Shown here: positions 21,314 to 33,415 of the stretch, one piece after another
How positions within the stretch are numbered: the stretch's first letter is position 1
How the letters are laid out: every line of letters begins with the position of its first letter
NCBI GenBank assembly: GCA_002269645.1
Contig: NIVC01004850.1
Location: forward strand, 1-33,415
DNA: 33,415 nt
Direction of reading: 5' to 3'
Source of the DNA: Macrostomum lignano
Taxonomy: Eukaryota
Made by a program: the position numbers and the translations under genes
Notes under the pieces: generated by a model
Seen by the model: the letters and a program-made list of their open reading frames with translations, nothing else
The model's database searches: none
Told to the model about the DNA's origin: nothing

Positions 21314-24300
21314 CTCCAGCCGCTAGTTGTGAGTTTCAATTGTCGAATGTAGGCTCTTGAGGTAGGGGATGTAGGAAAGTTTTCTCCTGTGGAAAGCCAG
21401 GAAACTGCCGCCGCCGCGGGACTCTAAAAGCCCTCCCAGCCGTGGAGCTTTGTTTATTTCCTTGTCGCCCCTGGCAACCACCAAGCATCCTCAGTAGGAC
21501 CAGTAGCCTCCCCATTTCTCTCCTTCCCCTCCCCTCCCCTAACTTCTCTTTCAGTCCCAGACACCCCTCGGCCTGACGAGGGACAGACAGCTCATTATAC
21601 TACTACCGCAGCAGTCCCAAAGCTTGGTGTCGCTGCTCTGAATTTACTTTGTGGAACCTGATCTCGATACTGCAGTTGGCACCCGTGCATTTTTATACAG
21701 AATTGTATCAATAGATAAAATTGTGCGAATTCCTTTAGTCAGTTTTCCCAATCCAAAGCCAGGTTAGGCTTTATTATTTGAAACTCAAATGAGCAATCTA
21801 CATGTACATGTAGCAGCTACTTTACTTGTGAGGTTGGCATCCGGGTTGGTGTGACATGCAAACATTGATCTTAGACTCTGATACTCTGCAAACCCTGATA
21901 TTTAACACCAATACAGACGGGGCTGACTAAAGTTTTCCCAGTGCGCTCAGGTTTTGTGGACGCTGCAAAGTGGAGGATCTACTCGTATCTTAAATTAAAT
22001 TTAAAGTAGACTTCTAAATCGTTATGCAGTTCATCAATCTAGCATCTAGTTTATCAACAATTTCTTTGAATGTGAAAATATTATAAAGTTTACTTCTGAC
22101 AGTTTTTTATCGCTTTTCCCAGTTTGAGATGTTTCATTTTTGATTTGCGAATTAAGACACCAAAATTTAAACGGTAATCTCCAGCGAGCAAGTTTTGAGC
22201 AAATCGAAGAACTGCTGAACGATAATTCTGGCTTATATATTTCCCAGTTCATTGGGAGATCCAAAAAGTAAGCGAATTAATTCCAATGCAGCTGTCAAGT
22301 GCACGCTGTCATGGCCAAACTCTGTTAAGCAGAGTTTGGCTTTTGAGTTAAGTATATATAGGCGAGACTAGGCCAATACCATTATGGATGTCTCATCCAT
22401 ATGTCTCATGGATGCTTGTAAACACTTAGCTTGTTTGGCCACTGAGATGGTAAGGGCCATTCCATGGCATACATAGACATCAACTGTGACAATGGAAACT
22501 CCTATTTTGTATTTTTACCTCCTATTTAGGCAGACAAGAGCAATAACTTGAATAAGCCTGAACAGTAGTTTGCTAGTAACCTGTATATTTAATAGCAGTA
22601 AGTAGGGAGCGAGGTGGAATTAGATTAGTGCTATGTCCACAGTTTTCAAATGCAAAGACATGTAAGCCTAGAGAGGGCATACTTCTTTCACCAATTGCCG
22701 CCTGCAAATGTCCGGCAGGCAAACGTCGGCTGGCAAACGTCCGGCAGGCAAACGTCGTAGACCCACCGGAAATCGACGTTATCATTGGTTAAATGGATTC
22801 GTTGCCTGAACGGCACGGGGAACCTGCGAAATGCTGTGGCTCATTGAGTCATTGGGGAGTTGCTGAGATGCCAAGGCTCTTGGGAGGATTGCTAACAGTT
22901 CAAGGCTTACGGGGGGATTGCTAAGATGCTAAGACTCACCCATGGAGTTGGATTAGGGGTTAGGGTCAGTTTTAGGGTTAAAAATTAGAATAATCGCCTA
23001 GAGAGAGCTAGAAAGCTAGCCTAGATATGACCAGACTGAACTGCTAATGTAGCGACTTGGGTTCGAATCCTGATAGTGTAAACTTTATTATAAAAGCTTT
23101 TATTAAATGACTTAATAAAGGATTATGGCACTTAATGAGTAAAGGATTACTGCACTAGATGAAAAAGGGATTATTTTACTAGCTTCATGCTATCTGGGAG
23201 GTGCTTACTAAGGGAATTGCTGAGATGCCAAGACTTACAGAGAAATTGCTCAGACTGAGGGCAAATACTGTAGGATTCACGTAAATAATTTCTGTCCGAA
23301 ATCGCGAAAAAGCAATCATGAAAATTGTGTTCAGCATAGAGATAATAAACTGTGTCTTAAGAGCAGGCTGACAGAATGTGTATTTAACTGTCAATATGAT
23401 TACCAACTGTTTTATTTATCACTTAAACGGCCAATTCGCCATGTATAAAGCACACGGAGAAGCTGCTACTAAAGGCAGAAGCAAAGAAATTAATGTTGAA
23501 GTGGGGAACGAGAAACCAGCACTAGAGCTACTAGTATATTGGCTGCAGTTGAAAGAAGAAGCAGGCAAAGGCAAAAGAAATTGCGTCAAAACAGTAGGAT
23601 TTCTTCTGCGACTCAAATTGCATTCATTGCCTTCGGTTAGAATTCCTCATTAATAATTTATTAGAAAGAAAAGTTGATCGACAACTCAAGTCAGGGCTGA
23701 CATCGTGACAGACAATTGCAGTAATTGAGAGTGGGGAGCATTCAATACACGCTGAAATTAAGTGCATTTTTATAGCCTGCTTAGAATTTAGTTACCATGG
23801 CAACGTTTTGTAACTGAGTAAACAATGCTTGCGATAGATTACTTACTATTTGATATTATTATTATAAAAAGTAAAAGAGAGTAGCATAACAAGGTACAGA
23901 AGCTCAGCAAACTGAGTAGCAGAGGTGCCTATTTCATCAATAAGTTGCTTTTATAACCAAACAAACAAACAGCTTAGGCTGGGGCATTGTGTTCCTGCAG
24001 TTCAGTGATGCGAGAGCTTGCCGGGGCCTGCCTAACCCCGGATACACTGGATCTAAAATGATGACGGCGTTATGAAATTGAAATTCTAAAAAATTGTTTA
24101 AAAAGCAAAACTGCAGTTAAGAAATGTCAAAACTCAACACAAAACAACAATTTTTTGGAATTTCAACTCGGAACTTTGTGCAAAACAATGGCACGAACTC
24201 AACATTAAACTGTACAATACAAGGCATTGACAAATTACCCAGCCTATTATTATAAGCCTGAGCTGCAGCTGATCTATCTGCAGCTCAGTTCATCTGCTCC

Positions 24301-24395
24301 TCCTCGGGCGTGCTTCGGGGAGGCGCCTCACTGACGGGCACCTTCATTATTTTCGAGTTAGTAATAAGTGAACGCGCGAGCAATAACCAGAGAGG

Positions 24396-24826
24396 ATTAT
24401 CTAGAGGAACAGAGGGGATCATCTGGAGGAACAGAGATTATTTGTAGGAACTAGAGGGGATCATCTAGATGAACAGAGGGGATCATCTAGAGGAACAGAG
24501 GGGATTATCTAGAGGAACAGAGGGGATTATCTAGAGGAACAGAGGGGATCATCTGGAGGAACAGAGATTATTTGTAGGAACTAGAGGGGATCATCTAGAT
24601 GAACAGAGGGGATCATCTAGAGGAACAGAGGGGATTATCTAGAGGAACAGAGGGGATTATCTAGAGGAACAGAGGGGATTATCTAGAGGAACAGAGGAGA
24701 TTATCTAGAGGAACAGAGGAGATTATCTAGAGGAACAGAGGGGATTATCTAGAGGAACAGAGCCAGAGGGGATTATCTAGAGGAACAGAGGATTATCTAG
24801 AAGAACAGAGGGGATTATCTAGAGGC
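24396..24826. repeat. 22-bp minisatellite GAGGAACAGAGGGGATTATCTA
   Basis: Directly visible tandem array just downstream of the last clear CCT4 exon. Confidence 0.95.
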
Positions 24827-24925
24827 GACTTGCAGAATACGGAGGATTATGTAAAGTTCAACAGGAAATGATACGGACCGATAAAATCAGAGCATTTGTA
24901 AGCCAGACAAAATCAATTTGCTCAC

Positions 24926-27900
24926 CACATCGTCAATCTTGAGTATGCAGCGCACGGTCTCGGCGGCCAGGCTGACGGCACTGCTGCTAACCAGCAGAGG
25001 CTGCAGCACGCTCTCGTCCAGGATGTTGGTGATGGCGCCTTTGCGCACGTTGATGCCGGCAGTTTTCTCGCCGTTAGCGTGGCGATTGCGCAGCTCGGTG
25101 ACGGTCTGAATGGCATTGAGGCCGGCGTTCTCGGCCAGAGTGTAGGGGATGATCTCCAGGCTCTGGGCGAAGGCGCGGACGCAGTACTGCTCGATGCCAG
25201 CCAGGGTGTTGCTGTGGGCGGTCAGCTGCTGGGACAGCTCGATCTCGGGGCGCCGCCGCCGGGGATGAGCTGCCTGAGGAAGGAGATTTTACAGATTAAA
25301 TATATAGCAAAAACGCTCACAGTACTACTGAGTCAGCTACTGGCTAAAGCTAAAAACTATCTAGATACATACATTACATGGTGCCGGTATAGTCAGAAGA
25401 AGGTAAAAAGTTGTTTTCAGCAATTAATGCTTCAAAACAGGTCTGTGTAATCATCATTATGACTAAAGCACCTCTCATCCAAAAACTCTTGGAATAAATA
25501 GTTGATCAGTAGCGCATTTAGAGTCAGCATAAATTCAGAATTTATGTCTGTTTTCAAGTTGAACATCAAAACAGGTCTGTATTAATCATCACCCGATGCG
25601 CTTTATTGCAAACACAAACAAAATGATTCAACTCACTTCTTCTTGACGAGGCAGCGGATGACGCACAGGGCGTCGTGCAGCGAGCGTTCGGCCTCGTCCA
25701 GCACCAGCTTGTTGGAGCCGCGCACCAGGATGGACATGGTCTTGCCCTGGTTCTGGATGCCCGTCACCTGGGATATGGCAATTACAGAAGCGGAAGGGGA
25801 TGCTTAAATCTCAACGGTTACCTGTTGTGTCTTCCGACAATTCAATATAAAATATTGTACTATTATTAATTTATTTTCAGTGCAAGGATGAAAATCTGTT
25901 TCATAGATAGCGTCAAAACAGGTCTGTAAATGTCATCATTAGAATTGCCATTGTACTCGGGCGGCCTGACCGCATATAAGGTGTCATGCTAACATTTCAA
26001 AATTTTAATATTATGTGAAATATACCCCATATTGCAGTCACTGTCACTCCCCATATTGCAGTCACTGTCACTCCCCATATTGCAGTCACTGTCACTCCCC
26101 ATATTGCAGTCACTGTCACTCCCCATATTGCAGTCACTGTTACCCCCCATATTGCAGTCACTGTCACACCCCATATTGCAGTCACTGTCACCCCCCATAT
26201 TGCAGTCACTGTCACACCCCATATTGCAGTCACTGTCACCCCCCATATTGCAGTCACTGTCACACCCCATATTGCAGTCACTGTCACCCCCCATATTGCA
26301 GTCACTGTCACACCCCATATTGCAGTCACTGTCACCCCCCATATTGCAGTCACTGTCACCCCCCATATTGCAGTCACTGTCACCCCCCATATTGCAGTCA
26401 CTGTCACACCCCATATTGCAGTTACCGTCACACCCCATATTGCATTCATACAACATGATTAGCCATTGAATCCACACCTTGGTAATCTTAGACGAGCCAG
26501 TTTGCACCTCTTCGACCAGTTCCGCAGTGCCCAGCATGTCCGGGTTGAAATGGTCCAGAGAGGCGATGGGCCGACAGTTGAGGGTCTTGCAGATGAACTC
26601 AACTTCGTCCCGTTCGATGTCCTTCACCACGAGGATCTTCATCTTGGCCAGGAAGTGCAGCGCCAGATCGTTGACAGCGTCGCGCAGGATGCTCTTCTGG
26701 ATGAACAGCACATTGCAGCCGGCCTTCTTAATCTCCTTGACGATGTTCAAGATGTACATGCGCTCCTCTTTGAGCACGCGATCCATCTGGGTGTAGTCGT
26801 TGAGCACAACGGTATTCTCCATGTCAGTCTTTGGCGGCGAGATGCAGAACTGGATGAGGCCGATGCGGGCCTTCTCCATCCGGTGGACTCCGCCGCTAGA
26901 CGAGCAGGTCTTGTGGTCCAGCAGCAGGCCGGGGATCATCTCCGTGTCCTCCACGGTGCCGCCGAGTTTCTTCACAACGCGGATGTCGTTCAGGCTGACG
27001 CTGTCCGGCCCGCCGCAGACGGACAAGACGGCGTTGACGGCGATTGGGGCGAGGACGCTAGAGTACTGCGACACCACCTTCGAGTTGAGCGAGGTAGACG
27101 CGATCTTCATCAGCATCTGCCTGTCAGTCATGTCCACCTGCAGGTTAAACGGGAATTATATGGGGTAACATATCAATGGATAAAATGGAACAGGGGTTGC
27201 TAGGTTACCTTGAGTCATGCTGGGTGGATGATCTTATTTTCTAATTTGTACTGACTGACCTTTAATTTCAATAAATGAGCTGAATCTCGATGCAGGACCT
27301 CCAATCGCACTGTATGATCTCCAATCGCACTGTATGATCTCCAATCACACTGTATGATCTCCAATCGATCTTTATGACCTCCAATCGCACTGTATGACCT
27401 TCAATCGCCAAATAAGAACCCCGATCGCATTGTATGACCTCAAATCGCCATATAAGAACCCCAATCGCACTGTATGACCTCCAATCGCCAAATAAGAACC
27501 CCGATCGCATTGTATGACCCCAATCGAGCTATATAACCTCCAATCGCACTGTACGACCCCAATCGAGCTATATAACCTCCAATCGCACTGTACGACCCCA
27601 ATCGAGCTATATAACCTCCAATCGCACTGTACGACCCCAATCGAGCTATATAACCTCCAATCGCAGTGTATGCCTTCGGTACGCACTTGTATGACCTTCA
27701 CTTGCGCTATGTGACCTCTAATTGTATTTTTGTAATTGTAATTGTACTTTTTTAATAAAATAAACTAATTTGACTAGCTATTATATACTAATCAAAGCTG
27801 GAGACTTGACCCGTACAGGCGTGGCCAGAGTGTCGAGAATGTTGCAGGCGCGTGCGGCGGCCCGCTGAAAGGACTCCGAGATGATGGTCGGGTGGATGCC

Positions 27901-30900
27901 CTTAGACAGCAGTTTTTGACTGGCCTCCAGCATGCTGCCAGCTAGCACAACTACTGAAGTGGTACCGTCTCCGGCTTCAATATCCTGAGCTTTGGACAGC
28001 TCAACCAGCATCTTGGCAGCTGGATGGATCACCTTCATCTGCTTGAGGATGGTGGCTCCATCGTTAGTAATTGTCACCTCGCCCTTGCCTTCTTGGATCT
28101 GCAAATAGAGGATGCAGGAAGCAACTAATTAGTCGCAGAATTGCTTCACAAATGGATATAAATGAAAAATCTCACCATCTTATCCATGCCCCGTGGACCA
28201 AGGCTAGTACGGATAGCAGAGGCCACAGCTAAAATTGAAAATTTAATTAAATTTACTTAATACAGCTAATATTTAATATATTTTAGCTATGTAGCTTACC
28301 ATTGGTAGAATATTAGAATATACATATACTATATATACTACTGAGAAATAGAAAACTAAAGTGAAGGAGCTAAAATAGATCTCAAAGCTGACTTTTAAAA
28401 TACTACTAAAGGCCATGACCTTTTAATCTTGAGAATGCCCACAACTAGAAGAAATATATGCAATACATATACTAGTAACAATAACAGTAATATATTTTTA
28501 TATTTAATGCCTATTATATTTAGACTTACAATATATGTTGTTTGCTATGCTTTATAAATGTAAAACAATTGGGTAAGTGACTAATGCCATAGTTTGGAAG
28601 GCAACATGTACACTAGGATTTCCCAGTGTATAACAAGGTCAAGGTTAGGATTGTGTACTGCTGTACACCAGAATGAAAATTGCTTCTATAGCTCATGTAT
28701 GCGAATGTATGCCAATGAACTTTTTATTGCATAAAAATAAGCCAAAATAAAAATTATAAATTAGTAAAATTTTTACTAAACTGTATAGAACTAGTTCATT
28801 TTAACTATTTTTGCTTTACTTTTATTTCTTGGAAAAGTTAAACCTAGTCTTTTATTTAGTTTTTCATTTGTTGTAAAAGGCTGGCTATTCTTTCTAATCA
28901 AAATTTTACTATTGTAACTATGTACATAGAGACTACACCAAATGTTAACTTAATCATTTTTTATATGCTAATTGTGTAGATTGATTGGGACTCAGAACAT
29001 TTGGTCCCATCTGCTGTCTTGAAAATCTTTATATGCCAAGCTATATGCCAAAAAGACATGCCAGGCCATAGTCCAGATCATTCTAGGTGCACACCTAAAC
29101 GAAAATTGAATAATTATAAATGCACATCCAATAAATAAAAGGCTTATTCCAATTCTCTATATTCCGTAGCCATTGAGACCCCAAAATTACCATATTCCTG
29201 TACTTCCCATAGCTGTAGCTGTAGGTTTAACAAAAAGTCTAGAAAACAAAATATTTTGAATCTAAAATATAACCTAGTGCTTAAAAACTGCAAATTAAAT
29301 TAGAAAATATAATAAACACTCTATAGCCTTTGTAAGATTATATTTTGTCTTTTTTCAGAGCAACAATACTTAATTGTTATTGAAAGTACTAATGCTAAAC
29401 TTTTTCAAGAATATAACAGCAACTACCATATTTCTGTAGTCATAGCTGTAAGAGCAGCTAGCTACTATAGGTGTATCCATAGCTGCCATAGGCCAGGTTG
29501 TGGATAGTATGCATGTATGCCGGAACTTTTCCGGCATACAAAACAGCCACCTTAAGTCCTTGGGGTACACAATCGGCATACACAACCACTGGCGAACTTT
29601 GTTGGTATACACTATTGGCATACACAAGTAACACAGCCAGGCATACTTTTTTGGCGTACAAATTTTGGTGAATGAATTTATGTCATGTATGAAAATTATA
29701 ATATAAATTAACGTTTTTACGTAAAGTAAAGGAAAATTTGTATCGTCAGTGATAAACTTTTTGCTTCTTTGAAATTAATAATAAATAACCAGCAATGTTG
29801 TGCCCCCCTTCAGGGCGGCCAATAAGAAAGGGACAAAATTTAGTAATTTGAATGAATTAGAAAAATATGCTTTAAAAGCTACAAAAATTTAGTATCATAC
29901 TAATATACAATCACCCCATTTGAGTAAAAATATCATGGACAAAGATATTTGCTATGAATCTCTTTTTTTCTAAAACTAACAAAAGTACACAATAAAAAAA
30001 CCTTCACAAAAAGTAGCAGCCATTTTCTAGATGGCAAGCCTCCCCCCCAGACAGCAAGCATCCCCCCAGATAGAAAGAATCTGCTAGATAGTAAGCATCC
30101 ACCAGATAGCAAGCATCCCCCAATAGCAAGCATCTACCAGATAGCAAGCATCCCCTAAAGCAAGTATCCCCTTGAAAGCAAGCATCCCAGCGATAGCAAG
30201 CATCCCCTGATAGCAAGCATCTCTCAATAGCAAGCATCCCTCAGATAGCAAGCATCCCCCAGATAACAAGCATCCCCTAGATAGCAAGCATCCCCCAGAT
30301 AGCAAGCATCCCCAGATAGCAAGTATCCCCCCAAAAGCAAGCATCTCCCAATACAGAGATATATAGATAGATAAGATAGATAGATAGATAAATAGATTGA
30401 TAGATAGATAGATAGATGATAGATAGATAAGATAGATAGATAGATAGATAGGATAGATAGATAGATAGATAGATAGATAAGATAGGTAAATATAATTTTG
30501 CTGCATTAGCAGTCCAGTCTGTTTAGGTCTAGGCTGGCTTTCATTGAAGTTATAAATGAATTTGTTGCATTCAACCAGTGAGTTTTTTCTCTAGCATTCT
30601 TATAATGCATTTCAAGTTGAATAGTTTGCTTGACTTTTGCAAAAAGCATGTTTTTTGAATATTTAATCCCTTTAACATGGAGCAATTTTTTAGCCAAGAT
30701 GCATGCACCATCACGGGAAAATTTCTGATCAAACAATGCAAATTTGAAGAAAATTGGTCTAGCCATTTTTTCTCTAATTGATTGCATACAAACAAACAAA
30801 CAAACAAACAAACAACTCATTTTTAGTATATGGAGAAATTAGTTTAATTTTTGCTAAGAGTATTAATTTTGCATCATATTTTTTTTAGGATTAACTTAAG

Positions 30901-33022
30901 TTTGTTTAAATTGAAAATATTCATAATATTTTAAAATTACTTTTTCGTACAAAGCCTTTCTTAGAAAACTCTACTCTGAAAACCAAATTACGTTTTTTAG
31001 GAATTTTTGGCATACATTTTATTTTTAACGCAACATTTTGTTTTTGGCATACACTGGCATACAAAGGGTTGACAGTCGTTTTGTCTGCCGCCAGTTTGTC
31101 TGCCACCCTTTCATCTGCAAGAATATGATACAGTCGTTTTGTCTGCCAACGAATAGTAAAGTTTTAATAAGTGTAAATATGTCAGTTGTTGTCATTAATT
31201 TGAGATTTGAGATATTTGAGATAACAGTGATTAAGATATTGGGATCATTTCTTAGTAGTAATGACTTAAACGAGTAATTTTTGAATATTTTTGTTTATAT
31301 TTAATAAACTATAACTACAACAATTGAACGAATTCAATGCATTTTCATCATGATATGGCATGACGCCATACTATCTCTTAACCATCTCAAAGCTTCAAAG
31401 CTCAAAAGCAATTAGTCGAGTTAGAATTTATTTTACTTATTATAAGTAAGTTACACACGCACAAATTATAAATCCCATTTACAGCTCACTACGTAGATTC
31501 AATTAAAGCTTATATACGAATAATTGTATTTCTTGGAAACATTGCGATAAGCAAAAATAAAATACATAGACTACATCTAATTCTAAATCTGAAAATTACT
31601 AGTAAATTCTACTTATTAAAAATAAACTATTAATTAATTTCAGCCATTTATAAAACTTATTTTGCTACTTATTTTAAAAAGTCATTTTGTCTGCTGGCAG
31701 ACAAAAAGGCGGCAGATGAAATGACCACGCACCGTACAAAGTCCTTGATGACCAAATTTGGTCTGGAGTACACAGATACATGATCTGCACATTGGGCCAT
31801 AGGCACCTATTTTACCATATTTGCCATAGGATCCTGTAGCCATAGCTATGGCTATGGCAGAACACTAAATAATGTACTCTACTAAGTTCTATTGAATGTT
31901 GGAATTTTCTGGCATACATGTATACTATTCAGTCTAGCAACAATGTTCTTACTTTTTTAGCATATATCAGGATATATCCCAACATACATGATAGCAGATA
32001 CATTGTGTCAAATGATATATTTTTGTATTGACATACAAACCTAATATAAAAATAAGATCTTGTCATTTTTTCTGGCATTAAACTTGGTATACACTAATAG
32101 TAATACACAATCTAAACTATGGGACTTATGATAGACATTTTTTTAGAAATTTATATGCAAAGTTGAGTGACCTCAACTAAGAATAAAGAAAAAATTATTT
32201 ATTGATATACCATTGCAAATATTAAATTTTTCTGGCATTCTATATTACACTTATGCCATGGTAAGATAGGGAATTTATAAAAGTTATATATATTTTAAAT
32301 ATAAATATTACAAAGATTAAACAACAAATGAATTATAAGTGTTGATAACTTTAATATCTTAATACTAATATAACCCTTTTTTGTCCTAGACCTAAGTTGT
32401 AGATGCTGCTATTATAGTTTTGCTTTATTTTGACGAGTTGCATTCTTAAAAGTATAGTATTAGGAAATTAGGTTGCCTCTCAAAAAATTCTGGATAAGTG
32501 CCTGCACCCTGCACTACAGGGGCAGACCAAGGGGGGGGGGGCCAATGGGGGATGGCTCCCCCTCAGCTCTGCCAAAAAATCCTTGGATGTATACAGTATA
32601 CAGTAGATGTATTACAAAAGAATGGGCTTAGGATATTGGTACCCTAATTGCAGCTCTGGCCTGACCAGACGTGAGGCTTGCCCCCCCCTCGATAAAATCC
32701 TGGGTCCACCCCTGCTGCACTATTCTGTAGAGGGGCTAGTAAAAAATACACTGTAATGTAATAAAATTGTACTGAGTCATATTGAGTGCTGCTTAATATT
32801 GAGTGTTACATAAAGTTAATATTCAAAATTTAATGCACTTAATTCGTTAACCCCACGAACTAGGCACGAAGCGAAATAAAAATGTTTTGCCAATACAAAA
32901 TACAACTTACACTTTGCCGCCACAATGTTGCTTTCACGAATTTGTGATGGCTTGCTCCTTCCTTCATAATCTGCCTTAGATTGTTTTGCAGGTGCGGTTG
33001 ATTTTGCGGCTGCTTTGCTCAT
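24926..33022 (-). CDS. CCT4: T-complex protein 1 subunit delta (chaperonin CCT4)
   Basis: Exons 33022-32911 (MSKAAAK...[15 protein letters not shown]), 28228-28176 ([14 protein letters not shown]), 28098-27817 ([23 protein letters not shown]), 27137-26478 ([29 protein letters not shown]), 25767-25637 ([23 protein letters not shown]) and 25273-24926 (GGGAP/EIEL...ILKIDDV). All are GT-AG with matching phases apart from a 1-nt deficit at the G4 run 25247-25250. The short terminal exon is unresolved. Confidence 0.95.
26023..26452. repeat. 24-bp minisatellite CCCCATATTGCAGTCACTGTCAC(T/C/A) in a CCT4 intron
   Basis: Directly visible, about 18 copies. It causes the spurious CNMGGDSD tail on ORF 25989..27137. 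Confidence 0.97.
27292..27680. repeat. 20-bp minisatellite CCAATCGCACTGTATGA(T/C)CT evolving into a 39-bp dimeric unit, in a CCT4 intron
   Basis: Directly visible. The 13-aa periodicity of ORF 27514..27714 reflects the 39-bp unit. Confidence 0.93.
30030..30350. repeat. ~18-19-bp minisatellite AGATAGCAAGCATCCCCC in CCT4 intron 1
   Basis: Directly visible degenerate tandem array. Confidence 0.9.
30355..30485. repeat. (GATA)n microsatellite
   Basis: Directly visible and adjacent to the preceding minisatellite. Confidence 0.95.
31067..31733. mobile_element. MITE-like element with ~38-bp imperfect TIRs and subterminal TTTGTCTGCC repeats
   Basis: Left end GGTTGACAGTCGTTTTGTCTGCCGCCAGTTTGTCTGCC versus reverse complement of the right end GGTGCGTGGTCATTTCATCTGCCGCCTTTTTGTCTGCC, 28/38 identical. 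Flanks ATACAAAG / GTACAAAG match 7/8. Confidence 0.55.
32517..32714. mobile_element. hAT-type MITE (198 bp) in CCT4 intron 1
   Basis: TIRs CAGGGGCAGACCAAGG versus reverse complement CAGGGGTGGACCCAGG, 13/16 identical. Perfect 8-bp TSD CTGCACTA (32509-32516 and 32715-32722). Confidence 0.85.
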
Positions 33023-33415
33023 TTTTAATTGATATAATGGGTAAGTGGATACTTATGAATAATCTGCGCAATGCTCAGCTTGTGAATATGAATGACCACT
33101 CAACACGAATGCCAATGTAAAATACAGTTGTCAAAGCATTTTCAGTGTAATTGAATTAACAAATTTTTTATGGTTAATCTAAAATAATATGAAGACAAAG
33201 TATTCGTTTTCCCAAATTAGGTAAATTGTTTTTTTGTTCTTTATCTAAGAAGACTTAGTATTATTGTGTCTGGCCAGATCCATCGTTGTATTGTACTCTA
33301 AACGAACCATTTTAAAGTAATTGTGCAAAACACTTTATTATTCATAAAATCATAGCATCATTGGTTTCTTATGCCGATGCTGTTACCACCTGGATGCAAG
33401 GACGACCTTGATTTG

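Noticed and set aside
21341-21700. TG...ACA-bounded solo-LTR-like segment upstream of FReD2, with a CTGAGGA...GAAA hammerhead-like motif on the minus strand
   Set aside because: No TSD, and stem II does not pair correctly next to the catalytic core.
22950-23075. TTAGGG-like fragments and a GGTTCGAATCC B box
   Set aside because: Only 2-3 imperfect telomeric units. The tRNA-like stretch cannot form a cloverleaf, so at most it is a degenerate SINE head and not a tRNA gene.
25989-26477. CNMGGDSD-repeat C-terminal extension of the CCT4 ORF
   Set aside because: Read-through into an intron containing the 24-bp minisatellite. A proper donor exists at 26477 and the next exon resumes CCT4 in phase.
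33037-33046. Plus-strand ATGG|GTAAGT suggesting a divergent gene's first exon
   Set aside because: It lies only 14 nt from the CCT4 start codon and no downstream exon is visible. A chance match cannot be excluded.

Overview
Eukaryotic (animal) genomic DNA with GC-rich exons and AT-rich, repeat-laden introns. The style suggests an invertebrate, possibly a Macrostomum-like flatworm (inference only). Genes: (+) a multi-exon TRPA1 homolog covering the ankyrin array up to the pre-S1 'MKW' motif, with three reading-frame lesions and no channel exons visible; (-) a small two-exon ankyrin-repeat gene; (-) two paralogous secreted PAN/Apple + fibrinogen-C (FReD) genes about 10 kb apart; (-) a nearly complete CCT4 (TCP-1 delta) gene with one homopolymer frameshift. 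Mobile DNA: an internally deleted THAP/P-element-type transposon with perfect 32-bp TIRs and 8-bp TSD, a 1.8-kb Bel/Pao-derived element with ~95-bp LTRs, several hAT-type MITEs (two carrying a 20-bp minisatellite), a tRNA-derived CORE-SINE, and many mini/microsatellites. The most notable observations are the FReD pair whose PAN exon is about 96% identical while the fibrinogen exons are roughly 50% identical in protein, the channel-less TRPA1, and the minisatellite-carrying MITEs. All calls come from reading the sequence by eye; no database searches were run.
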